DNA of 64,000 nt. Origin: the human T2T-CHM13v2.0 reference genome, Homo sapiens. Below the pieces are notes generated by a model that searched no databases, had not been told where the DNA came from, and saw only the letters and a list, made by a program, of their open reading frames with translations. Shown here piece by piece: positions 1 through 9,540 of the stretch. How positions within the stretch are numbered: the first letter of the stretch is position 1; each line of letters opens with the position of its first letter. The stretch lies in NCBI RefSeq assembly GCF_009914755.1, contig NC_060936.1; one strand, given 5' to 3'. The translations under genes were made by a program, and so were the position numbers.

Positions 1-534
1 ATCAACAGTTCCAGAGTATATGAAAAGAATAGCCATGATGTTGGCACCAGTTTTCTGAGAATCAATGCTGGATGTCAAGACTAAAGTTCTCTTCTTCAAC
101 TCTCCCAATGATGTACTAAGTAACCAGATTCCTATATAAAACCGCTTTCTGCATAAAATAAATTGAGAGGGTTCTGTGTCCTGCCTGAATTGATGACAGA
201 TTCTATATTTAATGCATTTGAGTCTAAGATTCCTTATCTGTAAAAATTAGGGTAAATAATATCTTACTTGAGATAATGGGTAGCTTGTAACTTGCAAGAG
301 AGCAATTGCTCAATTAAGGGGATTCTCCTAATATGGCATGGCATCTTTTAGAAGTACTAACTTTATTTTTCTCTTTGTTGCATATTTTAGGAGGAGGAGG
401 AGCCGGTAACATACATTTGTTACTTGGAAAATGGGAAGTATTTTTCTTTTCTCATCTGACAAGAGCAAATGCCATTCATTTTCTGCCATCATGGCAAGGA
501 AAATGCATTTAAAAGACACAAAGGTGAGAATAAG

Positions 535-610
535 AGTGAGAGTGAGTGAAAGAGGCAGAGTGGGAGAGTGAGAGAGAGTTACAGAGTGAGAGAAAGAAAG
601 TGAGAGAGTA
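535..610. repeat. GA-rich low-complexity tract
   Basis: Degenerate (GAGT/GAGA)n run; explains the Leu/Ser/Thr-rich spurious ORF 328..708. Confidence 0.6.
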
Positions 611-644
611 AGATAACTCTTACTCTGTAAGGCTGTTGCTACCT

Positions 645-1003
645 TGATATGGTTTGGCTGTGTCCCCACCCAAATTTCATCTTGAATTGTAGTTCCCATA
701 ATCCCCACATGTCATGGGAGGGTAACTGAATCATGGGGACTGTTACCCTCATGCTGTTGCTGTGATAGTGAGTTCTCATGAGATCTGATGGTTTTATATG
801 GGGCTTTCCCATCCTCCTTCACTCTGCACTTCTTCCTGCTGCCACTATGTAAAAAAGAAAGCGTTTGTTTCCGCTTCCATGATGATCATAGGTTTCCTGA
901 GGCCTCCCCAGCCCTGTGCAACTATGAGTGGATTAAACTTCTTTCCTTCATATATTACCCAGTCTTGGGTATGTTATTAGCAGCTTGAGAACAGACTAAT
1001 ACA
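645..1003 (+). mobile_element. THE1-family (THE1D-like) MaLR solo LTR
   Basis: Starts TGATATGGTTTGGCTGTGTCCCCACCCAAAT, ends GAGAACAGACTAATACA; perfect 5-bp TSD TACCT at 640-644 and 1004-1008. Confidence 0.9.
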
Positions 1004-1072
1004 TACCTTCATTCAGGGTCTTTATACCATCTGTTATTTCCTCTTTTTGCAAATCTCTCCCCCCCCCAACTC

Positions 1073-1108
1073 TGTGTGTGTGTGTGTGTTTGTGTGTGTG
1101 TGTCTGTG
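1073..1108. repeat. (TG)n microsatellite, imperfect
   Basis: Direct reading. Confidence 0.9.
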
Positions 1109-1149
1109 TTGGTATCTTTCCCATCAATATTTACACATATTTTAGTCTT

Positions 1150-1470
1150 TTTAATTAAAAAAAATTAAAATCCTCCATCTATTCCATTTCTCAGCATTTT
1201 CCTGCTTTTCACAGACAAAAGTCTTGAAAGTGTTAACTACATTTGCTGCTTTCATTTCTTCCCTTCCCATCCATTCCTCAACCCCCAGAAATCCAGATTC
1301 TGTCTTGTTACCTCCATGAAAATGTTCTCTAACATCAACTACTCACATCACTTAGCTGCGTATCAGCCATCAACCATTTGTTTCCTAAGCTTCAGCTGGC
1401 AGAATTTACCACTCCTTCCCTTTAGACACATTTTTTTTCTTTGCTCTACACAACGAGACACCCTGCTCTT
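1150..1470 (+). mobile_element. L2 LINE fragment
   Basis: Degenerate L2 ORF2 signature (TTGAAAGTGTTAACTACATTTGCTGC...CCATCCATTCCTCAACCCC...CCACTCCTTCC). Confidence 0.55.
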
Positions 1471-1479
1471 TACTAAGAA

Positions 1480-2050
1480 TTTGTTTCCTTTTCTTCCTGG
1501 CCTTGCAGCTAGACTACATTTCTCACTCTCTCCCACACTCCTAGTGACTGAATTCTACTCGATGGGATGACTGGGAGTAATGTATGTCATTTCTGAACTG
1601 AAGCTTTTAAGAAGTGAGGAGGACCTCCCATGCTCTCTTTTTACCATCCTATTGACTGAATGAAGACAAAAGCACGAGATGGTAGATCCACAAGACAAAA
1701 GGAACCTGACGAACTTGGGTTCCTGATTCACCATGTGGAGAAGTGCCACCCAAGAATGAGGGACATGTAAATGAGAAATAAACCTCCACAGTGTTTGAAC
1801 ATTATATATATAATATATATAATATATAATATATAATATATATAATATATATAATATATAATATATATAATATATAATATATATAATATATATAATATAT
1901 AATATATATAATATATAATATATATAAAATATATAATATATATAATATATATGATATATATAATATATAATATATATGATATATATAATATATAATGGTT
2001 ATATATATTTCTATAATCTACTCATAGTTACACAGTGAACATATATTTTA

Positions 2051-2104
<54 letters not shown>

Positions 2105-2131
2105 CAGCAGCATAGCTTACCCTACTAATAC
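1480..2131 (+). mobile_element. Old MLT1 (MLT1J-like) MaLR LTR, interrupted by an AT-rich repeat
   Basis: CTAGACTACATTTC..., GGTTCCTGATTCACCATGTGGAG, GAGAAATAAACCTC, then after the AT tract TTACAGCAGCATAGCTTACCCTACTAATAC (LTR end). Confidence 0.65.
1801..2102. repeat. AT-rich (TATAA/TA)n simple repeat
   Basis: About 200 bp of ATATATA/TATAA units, then a pure (TA)n run ending near 2101. Confidence 0.95.
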
Positions 2132-3513
2132 TTGAAGTGGTGTGCTGTTATAATAAAAATCTAAAATATATGGCAATGGCTTAGCATTTGGTTTTCAGAT
2201 GGCGAGGAAACAGAGCGGCCAGATCAGATATCCCAGATGCTGAAGAAAAATGCTTGCTGAAATGGTTGCCTGCAGCAATTAGAAGGCAGAAGTACCTTTG
2301 GAGTCTATTGCTCTGGGCAAAAATTTGGAAGTGCTCGATGTTAGTGTGTGTTGGTTGATTCTGGATATATTACAAGAGCTCCAAGAAAGAGATGCTCCTC
2401 AGGCAAGCATTGCAAAGAAAAGAAAGGGAACAGAGACAGTCCAGAAATATGGAGCACATAGGGATGAAGAGTTATTTACTTCTGGATCCCAAAGCGCAGG
2501 AAATATCAGTGAGAAGATGTTGAATAACAAAGGCCCCCAGAGATTTTTCAATTAACAAGAATTGTGGTGGAATTCAGATTAAGTTTGCTGTCTTCCTAGA
2601 CATGCCTACTGCTTGAGATGGCCTCCAGTTAGCCAATACTAAGTTGAGAGGGAAAGAGAGGTACAGAGGGACAAAATAAATAATAAAGCAGAATTTAAGA
2701 CCATGTTTAGGAAAGAATTTTGATTTTGGTTACTGGCTTGCAGAACTGACCCAAAGCAAGTAGATCCTAGAACATAGATTTAGGGTCAAATCAAGGAGCC
2801 TCCTGTACTAGTAGGTCAAGGGTTTCATCATTGCTAAGAACTACAGGCAGTTAGTTTACCATTCTTTTCTGTCTTGAATGGAGGCTTTTTATTGCTAGTA
2901 GCCTGCCTTATTTCACATTATATAGAGGTTGAATATGCCTTATTTAAAATGCTTGGGACCAGAAGTGTTTCAGGTTTTGAATTCTTTTGGATTTGGGGAA
3001 ATTAGCATATACATAATGAGATATCTTGAGGAATAGAACCAACCCTAAATACAAAACTAATTTATTTTTTATATATACCTTATATGCATAGCCTAAAGTT
3101 TATTTTATACAATATTTTAAATAATTTTGTGCATGAAACAAAGTTTTGACTGCATTTTGACTATGACCCATCGCATAAAATTAGATGTGGAATTGCCTAC
3201 TTATGGCATCATGTAGGTGCACAAAAAGTTGATTTTGGAGCATTTTGGATTTTAGATTTTTGGATTATGGATGCTCAACCTGTACTGAGTGTTTTGTGTG
3301 TGTGTTGGTGGGGGGGCTTACATAAGTTCAGATAACTTGCTTTTGCTTTAACTTGTTTACCAGCAGCCACATCTGGTCTTGATGAAGAAGGTTGCACATC
3401 TAACCAGAAGACTGGAACTTTGAGCTAGATGGGGTAAATAGATGAGGCTTTGGGTTGGCTGCCTTGGGAAGGGGCATGAATGTGCTTTATTTTTGGAAGA
3501 TTTAAGGGGCTGT
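2132..3513 (+). mobile_element. MLT1 internal (MaLR-int) sequence, interrupted by Tigger4
   Basis: Begins AAGTGGTGTGCTGTTATAATAAAAATCTAAAATATATGGCAATGGCTT (typical MLT1-int start); ends with GGAACTTTGAGCTAGATG...purine tract before the next LTR. Confidence 0.55.
2925..3282 (-). mobile_element. Tigger4 (Zombi)-derived non-autonomous DNA transposon
   Basis: TIR-like ends GAGGTTGAATATGCC / GGATGCTCAACCTG flanked by TA; internal AAATGCTTGGGACCAGAAGTGTTTC. Confidence 0.8.
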
Positions 3514-4062
3514 TGTGGATAGTTGTTACATCTACTTGCCCAGCATCTTTTTTCCTTTTCAATGCAGGAATAAATGTCTCCCACTGATACATTGCTTAAT
3601 CATTTGGTCCCTCATTGCCTGCTGCAGAAATGCACTGCTGACCCAGGCTGGCCCTTCTAAATATATCATCATCCTGGACCCAGTAATGAGTTCATCGTCA
3701 AGCACCTGTCCCAAACAGGGCCAACAACATCCTCACTTAGGGATTTATATGGATGCCAAGCAAGTTTATCCACATATGTGATTTCTAGTGTTAAGAAAAA
3801 TATAGGAGTTGGGGGGAGCCATTTTTACTGTCAAATAAAATGAGTCTACCAAGAATAAAGCCAAGACAGTGGCAGACAGGGCTGATACATGCAGGGAGAG
3901 AGAGTCCTAATGCTGTAGTTTGAATCCCTGGATACAGTTGTGTTTGCAATTAAAGTCACCATTTGGGGTTCCTAGTTTAGATGGCAAATACTTCTCCCTT
4001 TGCCTTAGCTAGTTCTGATAGAGTTTTGTGATTCTCAGCTGAAAACATCTTAAACTGTCATA
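3514..4062 (+). mobile_element. Old MLT1 (MLT1K/L-like) LTR
   Basis: TGTGG start, TGACCCAGGCTGGCC, GTTTGAATCCCTGGATACAG and a 3' end typical of old MLT1 LTRs. Confidence 0.55.
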
Positions 4063-4509
4063 GTATTGAAGCTGGGACAAAAACTCAGGTTTTCTGATGC
4101 CAATTCAGGGCTCTTTTCCTCACCTCATGAGAGTTGTGAAATAATTGTCACTTAAAATTAATAAAAGACTAGTGAGGAACTGTGGTAACAAAGACACTAG
4201 CCAGGTAGTAAGATCAATATTTGCCAAGAAATGAAAACAATTCTGTTCTGGAGAAGTGTAATTGCAAGGCCTGGGAAGTTGTGGGAAGTCTAATCACAGG
4301 GGAGGCACCCTAGCTTCTTGCTCAGCACCAAGAGAAGTCTGGTCAAAATCTTATGGTGATATTTGGAAACTAGTATCAAATAGCCAAGCAGCAGAAAGCT
4401 AATGGACCAGGCAGTGGGAGGACCTTCGCCTGAGATTAGTGTAGTAGCAAGAGTATAGCTTTTATATCTACATAGCCCAAGTTCAATGACAGTTCCTTCA
4501 CTTACCAGC

Positions 4510-4910
4510 TGCTGTGGTTTGAATGTGTCCCCTCCAAAATTCAGATGTTGCCAATGTGAAGTATGATGAAGTAGAACCTTGAAGAGGTGATTAGGCTGTG
4601 GGAGCTCCTCCTTTGAGAATGGGATTAAGACCTTTATATATATATAAAAAGGCTTCATGCGGCAGCATTCGACTAGCTTTCCCTTCTGCCTTCCACCATG
4701 TAAGGACACAGTGTTTCTCCCATCTGGAGGATGAAGCTGTAACAAGGCACCATCTTGAAAGTAGAGAGCAGCCCTTACCAGGCCATCAAATCTACAGATG
4801 CCTTGATCTCGGAGTGTCAATCTCCATAACTTTGAGGAATAAATTTCCATTCTTTATAAATTACCCAGTCTCAGGTATTTTTGTTATAGCAGCAAAAACA
4901 GAAAAAGACA
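4510..4910 (+). mobile_element. MST (MSTC-like) MaLR solo LTR
   Basis: TGCTGTGGTTTGAATGTGTCCCCTCCAAAATTCAG...AAGGCACCATCTTGAAAG...TTTATAAATTACCCAGTCTCAGGTATTTTTGTTATAGCAGCA. Confidence 0.8.
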
Positions 4911-5087
4911 CAAGGCATAAGGTGTTTGGGAAAATTATTTAACCTTTCCAAGACTCAGTTTACCCATGTGAAAGATGGCACATTACTCAGTGGGGTGTAA
5001 TAAAGATTAAAGAGATATATTTAGAATAATTTTTGTCACATAGTAAGAGCCCCTGTATAGCTGTATTTATTATTATTGTTACTACTT

Positions 5088-5128
<41 letters not shown>

Positions 5129-5625
5129 ACTAGAGAGAACAATTGGGCATGCTAGTCGAGGTCCCAAGAACCTCAGCAGAGAGAAAAACAGAACTACTAA
5201 GCTTAAGGCTGATGAGAGAGGCCAAGTGTGTCAGGTTTTGTCCTTTGAGAAGCAGATACCAAAATGGAATTCAAAGTGCAAGAGATTTACTTGGGGGAAG
5301 CACCTATGAAGGATAAAGCTAAATGGGTTGGAAGACCTTCTGATCACAATGCAAGTGTGATGTCTGTGAAGGGAGGGAGAGAGGGGATAAAACAAAACAA
5401 GGTTGAAACAGCCTCAGTCTGCAGTGCAGCTCTGAGTAAGGCTCAGCCCAGAGCAAAGATTGCCTGTTTGAGGAGCCACACATTAGGTAGAGAGGCCCAG
5501 CTCCAGAGCCTTCATTGGCCACAGCCTCAGTGAGAACACTACTGCAGTGGATCTCGGAGGTGCAGCAGCTGGAGGCTGTCAGCTAACTACACTCCTCGCT
5601 GCAGGTTCTGTTTTGCAGGGAGATC
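4849..5625 (+). repeat. Inverted-repeat arm 1 (donor copy), 777 bp
   Basis: Reverse complement of 6893-7658; six substitutions found by eye plus a T32 vs A21 homopolymer difference. Confidence 0.97.
4915..5075 (+). mobile_element. MIR fragment
   Basis: AATTATTTAACCTTTCCAAGACTCAGTTT...AAAGATTAAAGAGATA...CACATAGTAAG. Confidence 0.6.
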
Positions 5626-5650
5626 TGAGCACCACGCTCCCATGGCTGCA
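5227..5650 (-). mobile_element. Old ERVL-class LTR fragment (LTR16/LTR33-like)
   Basis: TGTGTCAGG...GAAGCAGATACC...GTGCAAGAGATTTACTTGGGG resembles the antisense end of old ERVL LTRs; family uncertain. Confidence 0.4.
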
Positions 5651-5769
5651 TGCCAATCCTAGGATCATTTTCCTTGGAGGGCTTTTTCCTACTTGACATC
5701 TCCAAGGTACTTGGCAACCTGCAAGGCAAACAGGCTGAAACAGGAGCAGAGCCAGCCTGATTTCTCCTC

Positions 5770-6456
5770 CTTCTGACCATTTCTCACTACCTCCCTAGCC
5801 TAAGCCAATATAATCTTTGGCCTATTTTTATTTTATTAGTTATTTTTATTATCTGCCTCCTAAATGATTGTCTCTGCTTCTGTGCTGGACCCATTGTTCA
5901 GTCTATTTTCAGCATGACATCCAGAGCTGTCGTTTTGATATGTCAGATGATAATATACTTTACTCAAAACCCTTCACAAACTTCCATTTCACTCAGAAAA
6001 ATCCTTGTAATAGCCTGGTTTTGTGTGACCTCCCATTGCCCATGGCCCTCTTCTCTTATTACCTCACTCTTTGCCTACCCAGCCCCAGACCCATTAGCTG
6101 CTGTGTTATTCCTTGAACAAGCAAGAAAAGCTTCCGGCTCAGGGTTACTTACCACTCCCTCTGCCTGATATGCGGATGATAGCAGAATTTATTCCCTCAT
6201 CTCCTTCAGGTCTTTGCTCAAATGCCACCTTCAGTGAAGCCTCAACAATCCACCTGATTTAAAGTTGCAACTTCCCTGGTCCTATCAAATTCTTTTTAGC
6301 TTTATTTTTCTCTAGAGCACTTACCACCATCAAACATACAGTATCTTTTTACTTAATTTTGTGTATCATCTGTGTCTCCTGCTAGAATGTAGGCTCCATA
6401 GGGGTAGGGATTTGGGTTTTTGTCCACAGCTGTGAATTTTGTTGGGTGAATGAATA
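5770..6456 (+). mobile_element. L2a 3' end
   Basis: CTTCAGGTCTTTGCTCAAATGCCACCTTC, CTAGAATGTAGGCTCCATAGGGGTAGGGA, terminal TGAATGAAT. Confidence 0.75.
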
Positions 6457-6524
6457 CATTCTGTAAATAGCAGCAGGAAGCATGGAGGTAAAACCCAGGG
6501 CATCCCCTGGTGAAGGAAGAGAAA

Positions 6525-6669
6525 AAAAGCGCAGCATTTGGAGTCAGTGAGTCTGGGTTTGGGGTCTAACTCCAGCACTTACTAGTTGTATGACTTTGGA
6601 AAAGTCATTTATCATTTGTAAGCCCTGTTTTCCATATCTGTAAAATAGAGATGACAATAAATACCTTGC
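6525..6669 (+). mobile_element. MIR (host of the THE1 insertion)
   Basis: TTGGAGTCAG...CTCCAGCACTTACTAGTTGTATGACTTTGG...ATCTGTAAAATAGAGATGACAAT. Confidence 0.7.
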
Positions 6670-7814
6670 TGTATTAGTCCGTTCTCACACAGCTGATAAA
6701 GTCATACCCAAGACTGGGTAATTTATAAAGAAAAAGAGGTTTAATGGACTTACAGTTCCAGTGGCTCGGGAGGCCTCACACTACTGGCAGAAGGCAAAGA
6801 CGCATCTTACATGGTAGCAGACAAGAGAGAAAATGAGAGTCAAGCAAAAGGGATTTCCCCTTATAAAGCCATCAGATACTTATTGATGGTTTGATCTCCC
6901 TGCAAAACAGAACCTGCTGTGAGGAGTGTAGTTAGCTGACAGCCTCCAGCTGCTGCACCTCCGAGATCCACTGCAGTAGTGTTCTCACTGAGGCTGTGGC
7001 CAATGAAGGCTCTGGAGCTGGGCCTCTCTACCTAATGTGTGGCTCCTCAAACAGGCAATCTTTGCTCTGGACTGAGCCTTACTCAGAGCTGCACTGCAGA
7101 CTGAGGCTGTTTCAACCTTGTTTTGTTTTATCCCCTCTCTCCCTCCCTTCACAGACATCACACTTGCATTGTGATCAGAAGGTCTTCCAACCCATTTAGC
7201 TTTATCCTTCATAGGTGCTTCCCCCCAGTAAATCTCTTGCACTTTGAATTCCATTTTGGTATCTGCTTCTCAAAGGACAAAACCTGACACACTTGGCCTC
7301 TCTCATCAGCCTTAAGCTTAGTAGTTCTGTTTTTCTCTCTGCTGAGGTTCTTGGGACCTCGACTAGCATGCCCAATTGTTCTCTCTAGTCAACAGCAAAA
7401 AAAAAAAAAAAAAAAAATTAAGTAGTAACAATAATAATAAATACAGCTATACAGGGGCTCTTACTATGTGACAAAAATTATTCTAAATATATCTCTTTAA
7501 TCTTTATTACACCCCACTGAGTAATGTGCCATCTTTCACATGGGAAAACTGAGTCTTGGAAAGGTTAAATAATTTTCCCAAACACCTTATGCCTTGTGTC
7601 TTTTTCTGTTTTTGCTGCTATAACAAAAATACCTGAGACTAGGTAATTTATAAAGAATAATCTCTTGAGACTTATTCACTACCAGGAGAACAGTATGGGG
7701 GAAAATTCCCCCATGATTCGATTATCTCCCATTGGGTCCTTCCCACAACATGTGGAAATTATGGGAGCTACAATTTAAGATGAGATTTGGGTGGGGACAC
7801 AGCCAAACATGTCA
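6670..7814 (-). mobile_element. THE1 (THE1B-like) solo LTR split by a 0.78-kb insertion (halves 6670-6877 and ~7660-7814)
   Basis: TGTATTAGTCCGTTCTCAC...CCATCAGAT then ATCTCTTGAGACTTATTCACT...GGGGACACAGCCAAACATGTCA; 5-bp TSD CTTGC at 6665-6669 and 7815-7819. Confidence 0.9.
6893..7658 (-). repeat. Inverted-repeat arm 2 (inserted copy of 4849-5625), 766 bp
   Basis: Direct reverse-complement match; mirror ORFs 5264..5533(+)/6985..7254(-) and 5319..5522(-)/6996..7199(+) are nearly identical. Confidence 0.97.
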
Positions 7815-7999
7815 CTTGCTAATTGTGAAAACTAATGAATATAAGAAGACAGACAGCACAGATGTTTTTGTTGTGGTTTCCATGGCTTGACAAGCAGTGA
7901 CATGTTGAATTCCCCACACTAAGATATTGAAGTCATTGACAATTCCTCCGGTGACATTTTATAGCTTTGGGTTTGTTATTATTAACCAAAGGCTTTGCC

Positions 8000-8170
8000 T
8001 AATCCTAGCTGCTCTGCACTCATTCACTCTGTAACCTGAAGCAAGTATCTGGACCTCAGTCTCTCCATTTGTAAAAAAGAGATGATTGTATCCTCTATGC
8101 CTAACTTGCAGGGATGAGGATTAAATGAAACTCAGTGGGTGAGATCCACTAGAAACTACTACACAAATGC
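8000..8170 (+). mobile_element. MIR fragment
   Basis: AATCCTAGCTGCTCTGCAC...CCTCAGTCTCTCCATTTGTAAAA...GAGGATTAAATGA. Confidence 0.6.
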
Positions 8171-9369
8171 AAATGATTCCTGGGTTGGTGACATGGCTTC
8201 ACGTGTCTGAGTCTGATGTCCCCAGCTGGAGTAAAAGAACCTCAGGACGAGTCATGACTAATACTGTTTCTACGCCCTCATCCCTCACAAGCCAGTTTCT
8301 TCAACTCAACCCTACTGCAGGCTCTCTTTTATTGCCAGTTTGTTTGCGAAGAACAGATTTTCTGTATACTTTGAATTCCTTAAGCATTTCTTTTAATCAT
8401 TTTTTCTTAATCTGTTAACTCTGCCCTGATCTTTTAGGCTAATATATTCATGTTTGAGCTACCTCCTGAAATAGCTTTTAAGTGGATGTATTATGAAAGA
8501 CTGACTAGTCAAAATGAAGGAAAATATTTCCTGAACTGACATTATCTCAACTTAGGATTTCATGTTAGGCTCTGATTTAACACACATAGCTATCGTAAGT
8601 AATGTGCTTTTCAGTTCCTTTATTTAAAAGCTCTACAGTTTTATGGCTCTGTTTAACTCTTGAGTGCTTTTACCTCTTTTGAGAAAGGCTATTCCTCCTG
8701 CCATTTCAGCTTGCTGTCCCAAATGGACGTGTAAACAGGGCACCATCATGTATATGTGAAAAAAGATGACCTACATATATGATGGTACAGTACAGTATTA
8801 AAAGTACAATTTCAGCCATTTCTTCCAATTAAGGCTAACACGTCTGTGATTTCAGCCTTCTATTTGAAATAAAAGTCTAACGATAATTGGAGCACAGAGC
8901 TATTCACCAGTGTACTTCAATCTGGAAATAATTGTCTTTGTTCAATTAGGAATCTGCATTTTCATGCCAATCTTCACAGATTATTTTGAATGGAGAATGC
9001 ACTCTGATTAAGAGCTATACTTCTTAGGAAAAAAAAAGTAGCAGCCTGGAGTCCTCATCCCCTTGTTAGATTTAACATTTTGTTTTTCCCTAACAGACTG
9101 AGAAGGATGTCATATAGACAACTTTTTAAACTTATTTATTCAATGTGGCAAAATTCTCCTGGGGCATTCATATGTGGCTTTATTTTTTTTTAATTCCATA
9201 AAGGTGATTCTTTAAATTTAGTCTTGGAAAAGTGTCAATTGGTCTGAGGTCTTCGATTAATTTGTCATGTGAAATTGACCAGGTTTTATATGGAGCAAAT
9301 ATGACCACTATATTTTTGAAATCAGTAGAACCACTTATCTCCCTCAGTGATCTTTAAACAAGTTATCTT

Positions 9370-9540
9370 ATGTAAGTCTTATGAAAAACCTTCAGAATTA
9401 GAGATTGTTATCCCTATTCAACAGACAAGGACAATAAAGGTCAAAGAGTTTATGTGATTTTCCCAAAGCCACCCAACGATTCATGGGTGAAACTAGAGTC
9501 AACTGCAAGTCTCACTGGCTTGAAAGCCCAGGTTCTCTCA
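9370..9540 (-). mobile_element. MIR fragment
   Basis: TTATCCCTATTCAACAGACAAGGAC...GTGATTTTCCCAAAGCCACCCA. Confidence 0.5.

Noticed and set aside
4290-4850. 186-aa minus-strand ORF
   Set aside because: Mostly antisense MST LTR; chance ORF.
6705-6732. Similarity between the THE1 end (AGACTGGGTAATTTATAAAGAA) and the distal end of the duplicated arm (7636-7657)
   Set aside because: It is a motif shared by MaLR LTRs and lies ~150 bp from the actual THE1 break, so it cannot be shown to have guided the event.
5264-7254. Pairs of near-identical 89-aa and 67-aa ORFs suggesting duplicated small genes
   Set aside because: They are a by-product of the inverted duplication of LTR-derived DNA, with no recognisable domain or gene structure.
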